DNA of 21,403 bases from a virus, in the UHGV virus genome UHGV-0175150, one strand, 5' to 3'. The stretch's first letter is position 1. Each line of letters begins with the position of its first letter. The notes under the pieces were generated by a model. It saw nothing but the letters and a program-made list of their open reading frames with translations, was not told the DNA's origin and ran no database searches. Positions 17,397 to 21,403 of the stretch are shown in pieces. The position numbers and the translations under genes are program-made.

Positions 17397-17661
17397 GTGA
17401 GCCAAAAGCCTCTGAACAACGCTTGCTGAGTTGCTCAACCTGCGCGTTTAAATCGGCAAAAGATTTTGCGCTTCCGGTCAGAATATCGTGATGCATCAGG
17501 CCGGAAACGAGCTGGCTTAATTTCGGGTAATAACCAACCACCGCCAGCCATTCCTGACCGGCGTTTTTACCGCTTTCCGCTCTCTTTTTCTCGTGGAGAA
17601 TAAACTGAAAGCTGTCACTGGTAACGACATAACGTTCGCCAATTTCAATACGAATGCTCAT
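17386..17661 (-). CDS. Small early protein (P2 orf83-like), hypothetical
   Basis: 91-aa ORF with ATG start, overlapping the A start by 11 nt; position matches the small ORFs between B and A in P2. Confidence 0.6.
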   Translation of the reverse strand: MSIRIEIGERYVVTSDSFQFILHEKKRAESGKNAGQEWLAVVGYYPKLSQLVSGLMHHDILTGSAKSFADLNAQVEQLSKRCSEAFGSHGR

Positions 17662-17882
17662 GCCATTCTCCGGTAATGTTTGTTTTTTGCTTCAAAGACT
17701 GACTGACAGGAAACACAACGCGTGGCTGACGGATAAGCCGCACGACGGGCAGCAGGTATTGGCGCATCACACTCTTCGCAAACCAGCGCAGAAACACCGC
17801 AATGTTTACCCCTTGCCGCGTTAATCTGGCGCTCCAGTAATTCAGCCTGTTGTTCCTGAATAAAATCTACGTTGTCCGGCAT
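17658..17882 (-). CDS. TraR/DksA-family C4 zinc-finger protein (P2 orf82-like)
   Basis: 74-aa ORF with CEEC-x17-CVSC zinc-finger spacing typical of TraR/DksA C4 fingers; ATGA overlap with the downstream gene. Confidence 0.7.
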   Translation of the reverse strand: MPDNVDFIQEQQAELLERQINAARGKHCGVSALVCEECDAPIPAARRAAYPSATRCVSCQSVFEAKNKHYRRMA

Positions 17883-17884
17883 TA

Positions 17885-18172
17885 TCAGTTCCTTTTGTCG
17901 TTCAGTTTCTTAAATTCATCAGCGCAATAGCTGGCAATTTCAGCCATTAATTTTGTCAGTTCATCCACGGAGGAAATTTGCTTGAGAAATACAGCGCGTT
18001 TCACAAGTAAATTGACCACATCAGACAGGAGGTTTAATTTATCCGCATAAATGGCTATAGTTGATTCCACCATATCCCCAGTATTTTTATCGCGTTTAAT
18101 ATCCGCTAGCGACAAATCACCGTTTTTCATAACTGAAATCTTCAGCCAGTTATTAAGCAATATATTTTTCAT
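17885..18172 (-). CDS. Hypothetical protein, AT-rich, no recognisable motif
   Basis: 95-aa ORF with ATG start; ATGA overlap with the upstream gene stop at 18169..18172; composition more AT-rich than neighbouring P2 core genes. Confidence 0.5.
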   Translation of the reverse strand: MKNILLNNWLKISVMKNGDLSLADIKRDKNTGDMVESTIAIYADKLNLLSDVVNLLVKRAVFLKQISSVDELTKLMAEIASYCADEFKKLNDKRN

Positions 18173-18414
18173 TCGCTGTATGCCCTCTCCGCAGAATCAA
18201 TCATTTCCCGGCCATTATTGGTAATACAGAAACCTTCTCTTGATTTGGTCACAAGTCCCCATTTCCCCATTGCTATAAATGCTTTTTCCACACGGCTAGG
18301 CCAGGAGCGGAAGACATCGCTTGAAGGGTGTAGTGGAGTCTTATCATCTAATTTTTTAAGTAATGAAAGTTGATAATCTGTTAAGCGTTTCCTTAACCAT
18401 TTTGTATTTGTCAT
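18169..18414 (-). CDS. Hypothetical protein, AT-rich, no recognisable motif
   Basis: Start taken at ATG 18412..18414 (MTNTKWLRKRL...) with AGGAAAG 6 nt upstream, giving 81 aa; the track ORF starts 2 codons earlier at a TTG. Confidence 0.5.
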   Translation of the reverse strand: MTNTKWLRKRLTDYQLSLLKKLDDKTPLHPSSDVFRSWPSRVEKAFIAMGKWGLVTKSREGFCITNNGREMIDSAERAYSE

Positions 18415-18428
18415 TTCCAACTTTCCTG

Positions 18429-18641
18429 TTATTTATTAAGTCCTAGATTATGGAATTTGGCTGACTCCTGACTGAGCAACTCGACTATCTCCACGCGGGA
18501 TAACTCCGCCTTTGTGATGTGGCGAATCATGGCATCAAGATGAGACGAAAAGCGCGTTGCTGCGTCAGCCTGTGCTTCGGTTCTGGCCTGTTGCAGCATT
18601 AATGCGTATTTACCGCACTGATTTTCAGAAACTGTATGCAT
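18429..18641 (-). CDS. Small hypothetical early protein
   Basis: 70-aa ORF with ATG start and GGAGAAAG upstream; lies between B and the A-proximal small genes. Confidence 0.5.
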   Translation of the reverse strand: MHTVSENQCGKYALMLQQARTEAQADAATRFSSHLDAMIRHITKAELSRVEIVELLSQESAKFHNLGLNK

Positions 18642-18704
18642 GACTTTCTCCAGGAAAAAAGAAGCCCCGCACGATTAAGTGCGTTAAAAACTTTGGTTAA
18701 TTAC

Positions 18705-19205
18705 TTAATGCAGATATTGCTCTGGTTTTACCGACGTCAGAATTGTCGGCGCATACTCAAACAGGCTGAATAATTCACGTAATGCACGAAATAAAGCATC
18801 ACGCCAGTAACATGACTCTTCATTAATTCGCCAGTATGGCTGGTTGAATTCTTTTTCTGTCAGTCGTGCGTGCATAAATAAAGTGCGACGCTGACTGACT
18901 GTTAAAAAACTAATATATGCATACTCACTTGCGCCAACCTGACGGCGTTTTGAGAATGCCCCACGCAATTCATCAATTGCACAAACCAGCCGTTCACGTT
19001 CGACGTCGTTCATTTCTTCAAAACGCATCGTTGCGTGACGCTGTTTTAACTGCGCATGAAAGCAAACTGTTAGCCGTTCGCGCTCCATCATCTGATTATA
19101 ATAATCACATGTATCCTGCCAGCGAGGAACGGCAAGATGCTTACCAATTATCCGGCGCATAGTTGCTGGCTGTTTTTCAACGAGATTGAGCGTCATCACT
19201 GTCAT
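18705..19205 (-). CDS. B: Replication protein gpB
   Basis: Start taken at ATG 19203..19205 (MTVMTLNLVEKQPA...), with GGAGGG about 8 nt upstream, giving 166 aa, the P2 gpB length; the track ORF begins 2 codons earlier. Confidence 0.75.
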   Translation of the reverse strand: MTVMTLNLVEKQPATMRRIIGKHLAVPRWQDTCDYYNQMMERERLTVCFHAQLKQRHATMRFEEMNDVERERLVCAIDELRGAFSKRRQVGASEYAYISFLTVSQRRTLFMHARLTEKEFNQPYWRINEESCYWRDALFRALRELFSLFEYAPTILTSVKPEQYLH

Positions 19206-19438
19206 TTCCATACCCTCCGGCTTTTCAGAAAGGTCAGAGCCTTCTTTAATGGACTCTGTTTTTTGGTGCGGATAATGATTCCTTTGCGACCCTTCCCGTG
19301 GGTGATGGTGAAGTCAATCGCCCTGGGGCTTTCGTTACGCAATAACTGAGCAATACAACGCGGCTCATTCATCCTTTCCACCTTAAGCCGCACGGCCATG
19401 TCTTGATTTGCTGTAACTAATGCGATTTTTCCAGTCAT
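19202..19438 (-). CDS. Small hypothetical early protein (P2 orf78-like)
   Basis: 78-aa basic ORF with ATG start between cox and B; overlaps both neighbours. Confidence 0.5.
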   Translation of the reverse strand: MTGKIALVTANQDMAVRLKVERMNEPRCIAQLLRNESPRAIDFTITHGKGRKGIIIRTKKQSPLKKALTFLKSRRVWK

Positions 19439-19754
19439 GCCACTCGGTCGGAGCCTCTTCGACTAGTTGTGCCGCATACTTATCCCACTCACGACGATTT
19501 ACCCATAATTCAGCTTTCCCTCTTGGTTTTAATGGGTCTGTCATATAGAAGGCTGGCAGCTTTCCCGCTTTAGCCATTTCAGCCACCGCGCGTGGTGTCT
19601 TACCGATGTAAAGAGCAAACCCCTCTTTCGACAGCAAATCTGATGGGCGCTCTGAAATCTGAATGCTTTTGCGTTTGGCTTCGTTTTCGAAACTTGCCTC
19701 ATCGCTAGTTTGACAAGAAATTTCTACATTTGTCGTCACTTTGCTATCCTCCAT
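19383..19754 (-). CDS. cox: Cox-like excisionase/transcriptional regulator with an N-terminal extension
   Basis: Segment FALYIGKTPRAVAEMAKAGKLPAFYMTDP aligns with the remembered P2 Cox helix-turn-helix region (FAKLIGKSTGAVRRMIDKGKLPVIDMTDP); first gene of the early operon, divergent from C. ORF is 123 aa against 91 aa in P2; start codon uncertain. Confidence 0.65.
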   Translation of the reverse strand: MEDSKVTTNVEISCQTSDEASFENEAKRKSIQISERPSDLLSKEGFALYIGKTPRAVAEMAKAGKLPAFYMTDPLKPRGKAELWVNRREWDKYAAQLVEEAPTEWHDWKNRISYSKSRHGRAA

Positions 19755-19847
19755 AAGATTTGTAATTCACCAACTGGAGCCATCTAGAGCCTTTTTGAGT
19801 GCATCGCAAATTGCCAAGTAGCCATATAATTGGAGATTAGCAAAATT
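19755..19847. promoter_or_regulatory. Immunity switch region between cox and C with overlapping promoter elements
   Basis: Perfect TATAAT at 19825..19830 on the plus strand (candidate Pc -10). On the minus strand a perfect TTGACA (complement of 19850..19855, overlapping the C start codon) lies 17 nt upstream of AATTAT (candidate Pe). Imperfect direct repeats AGTAGCCAT and ATTAGCAAA flank the -10, about 20 bp apart. Confidence 0.45.
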
Positions 19848-20147
19848 ATGTCAAGTGAACAAAGCGAGAAATTAAAGCTCATCCGTGAATCCGAACGCCT
19901 TAAAACTAAGGAAATTGCTGAATTAATTGGAATTAATTACTACACATATCATGGATATGAATCAGGGAAATCAAAAATGCCTATGGAAGCAGGTATGAAG
20001 CTGTTTAAGCATCCACGCTTTCGCAAGTATCGTGACTGGTTCATGTTTGATGAAATAGATCCCGAAGCTGGACAAATAGCCCCAGCTCTCGCACACATTG
20101 GGCAAGACTCAACAACCTTGCACCACTCAGACCAAAAGACTGGCTGA
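19848..20147 (+). CDS. C: Immunity repressor C
   Basis: Start taken at ATG 19848 giving 99 aa, the P2 C length; C-terminal QIAPALAHIGQDSTTLHHSDQKTG matches the remembered P2 C terminus (QIAPALAHFGQ...SGQKTG); the track ORF starts at an upstream TTG. Confidence 0.85.
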   Translation: MSSEQSEKLKLIRESERLKTKEIAELIGINYYTYHGYESGKSKMPMEAGMKLFKHPRFRKYRDWFMFDEIDPEAGQIAPALAHIGQDSTTLHHSDQKTG

Positions 20148-20240
20148 CGATTTATTCAGCATATGTGTGCAGTAAATGTACGAAAGAAAATTGCATTAAT
20201 TTTCAAGTAGTAGAAGTAAACAGCGTCATCGGAGGGCTTT

Positions 20241-21236
20241 ATGTCTATTAAAAAGCTCGATGATGGTCGTTATGAAGTGGACGTCAGGCCGCAGGGTGCA
20301 GATGGAAAACGTATCAGGCGGAAATTTAAAACTAAAGGTGAAGCCCAGGCATTCGAGCGTCATGTCCTGGTTAACTACCACAACAAAGAGTGGTTGGAGA
20401 AGCCGGCCGACCGCCGAACTCTTACAGAGTTGTTAGGCAGATGGTGGATATATCACGGAAAATCACATGAGCGTGGAGATATTGAACGGGGGCGTTTGAC
20501 GACAATAATTGCCAAATTTGCTGAGATGGGAGTGTCCAGGGCGGATCAGCTAACAAAGAAAACGATAACTGATTATCGAGTTGTAATGATGAACGACGGT
20601 CTAAAACCAGCCAGCGTAAATCGGCATCTGGCAATAATGAGCGGGATGTTCACCAAGTTAATTGACGCCGGTGAATATCACTCTCACAACCCGTTCCGTG
20701 AGGTGAAGCGGTTACGTGAAGCTGTTACGGAAATGGCTTTTTTGTCCAGTGAAGAGATTACGCGGCTGTTATCCATGCTTGATGGTGATGAATTAAATGC
20801 GACTCTGGTCTGCCTTTCTACTGGTGGACGCTGGAGTGAAGTGTCTAATTTAAAAGCTGAACACATCATTAACCAGATGGTTACGTTTATGAAAACCAAA
20901 AACGGAAAGCGCAGGACAATTCCCGTTTCGCAGGACTTGATTAAACGGATCAAAACCAAAAATTCTGGCAGGCTTTTTAATGCCAGTTACTACAAAGTGC
21001 GCAACGCTCTCAGGGAAGTAAAACCCGATTTACCTGACGGACAGGCAGTGCATGTTTTGAGGCATACATTTGCCACACATTTTATAATGAATGGAGGTAA
21101 CATAATCACATTGCAGCGCATCCTGGGTCATTCTAACATTCAGCAAACTATGACCTACGCACACTTTGCACCGGATTTCTTACAAGATGCTGTGACTCTT
21201 AACCCGGTGTCAGGAATGTCCATAATGCGTCCATAA
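20241..21236 (+). CDS. int: Tyrosine-type site-specific integrase (P2 Int family)
   Basis: 331-aa ORF with GGAGGG upstream; C-terminal catalytic motifs HVLRHTFATH and LGHSNIQQTMTYAHF with the conserved Tyr; downstream of C as in P2. Confidence 0.9.
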   Translation: MSIKKLDDGRYEVDVRPQGADGKRIRRKFKTKGEAQAFERHVLVNYHNKEWLEKPADRRTLTELLGRWWIYHGKSHERGDIERGRLTTIIAKFAEMGVSRADQLTKKTITDYRVVMMNDGLKPASVNRHLAIMSGMFTKLIDAGEYHSHNPFREVKRLREAVTEMAFLSSEEITRLLSMLDGDELNATLVCLSTGGRWSEVSNLKAEHIINQMVTFMKTKNGKRRTIPVSQDLIKRIKTKNSGRLFNASYYKVRNALREVKPDLPDGQAVHVLRHTFATHFIMNGGNIITLQRILGHSNIQQTMTYAHFAPDFLQDAVTLNPVSGMSIMRP

Positions 21237-21267
21237 ACCAGAGTTAACTAGAGCCAATTGAAGCGAT

Positions 21268-21403
21268 ATGAGTAATTTAACTAATTGTAATACAACAGAA
21301 AATACCGCTGCGGCGGGGGCTACCAAGTCAGTTATTGGTCGCATTCACTCCTTTGAATCCTGTGGAACCGTAGACGGCCCGGGTATTCGCTTTATCACCT
21401 TTT
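21268..21403 (+). CDS. pflA: 5' end of pyruvate formate-lyase activating enzyme gene (partial, runs past the window end); start codon uncertain
   Basis: Frame from 21328 translates [25 protein letters not shown], which I recall as the E. coli PflA N-terminus ([30 protein letters not shown]). The codon where E. coli has Met is AAG here; an in-frame ATG lies 20 codons upstream at 21268. Confidence 0.55.
   Translation, partial: MSNLTNCNTTENTAAAGATKSVIGRIHSFESCGTVDGPGIRFITF

Noticed and set aside
17397-17438. Upstream extension of the gpA ORF (MSNSASVVQRLLAH)
   Set aside because: The extension begins at a TTG; the ATG at 17394..17396 gives the P2-length protein starting MAVKAS, as in the remembered P2 gpA.
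1-21403. tRNA or rRNA genes, IS elements, programmed frameshift sites
   Set aside because: No tRNA-like cloverleaf or transposase was seen; the integrase here abuts a protein-coding gene (pflA), not a tRNA. The known P2 frameshift (E/E') lies in the tail genes outside this window.

Overview
This window is most of a P2-like (Peduovirus-type) prophage from an enterobacterial host, ending at the integrase-proximal host junction. All gene identities are from reading the translations against remembered P2 proteins; no database search was run. Minus strand 1..9430 carries the late morphogenesis and lysis cluster in P2 order (H partial, I, J, W, V, S, R, lysC/lysB/lysA, K, Y, X, L, M, N, O). Plus strand 9604..12410 carries the terminase large subunit P and portal Q, followed by a terminator and a 19-nt match to the P2 cohesive end (cos, 12579..12597). 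Minus strand 15111..19754 carries the replication and early genes (A, small orf82/83-like genes, B, cox-like), then C repressor and a tyrosine integrase on the plus strand, and finally the 5' end of host pflA. The most interesting part is the slot between cos and gene A (12598..15111), where P2 carries old and tin. Here it holds two AT-rich genes for membrane-anchored proteins of unknown function, each preceded by a copy of a ~69-bp stem-loop repeat, plus an ASCH/DUF3850-like protein with an HExxH motif and a small ORF, both translationally coupled to A. I regard this as a candidate, undescribed superinfection-exclusion or anti-phage cargo island, but that is inference from position, composition and architecture only.
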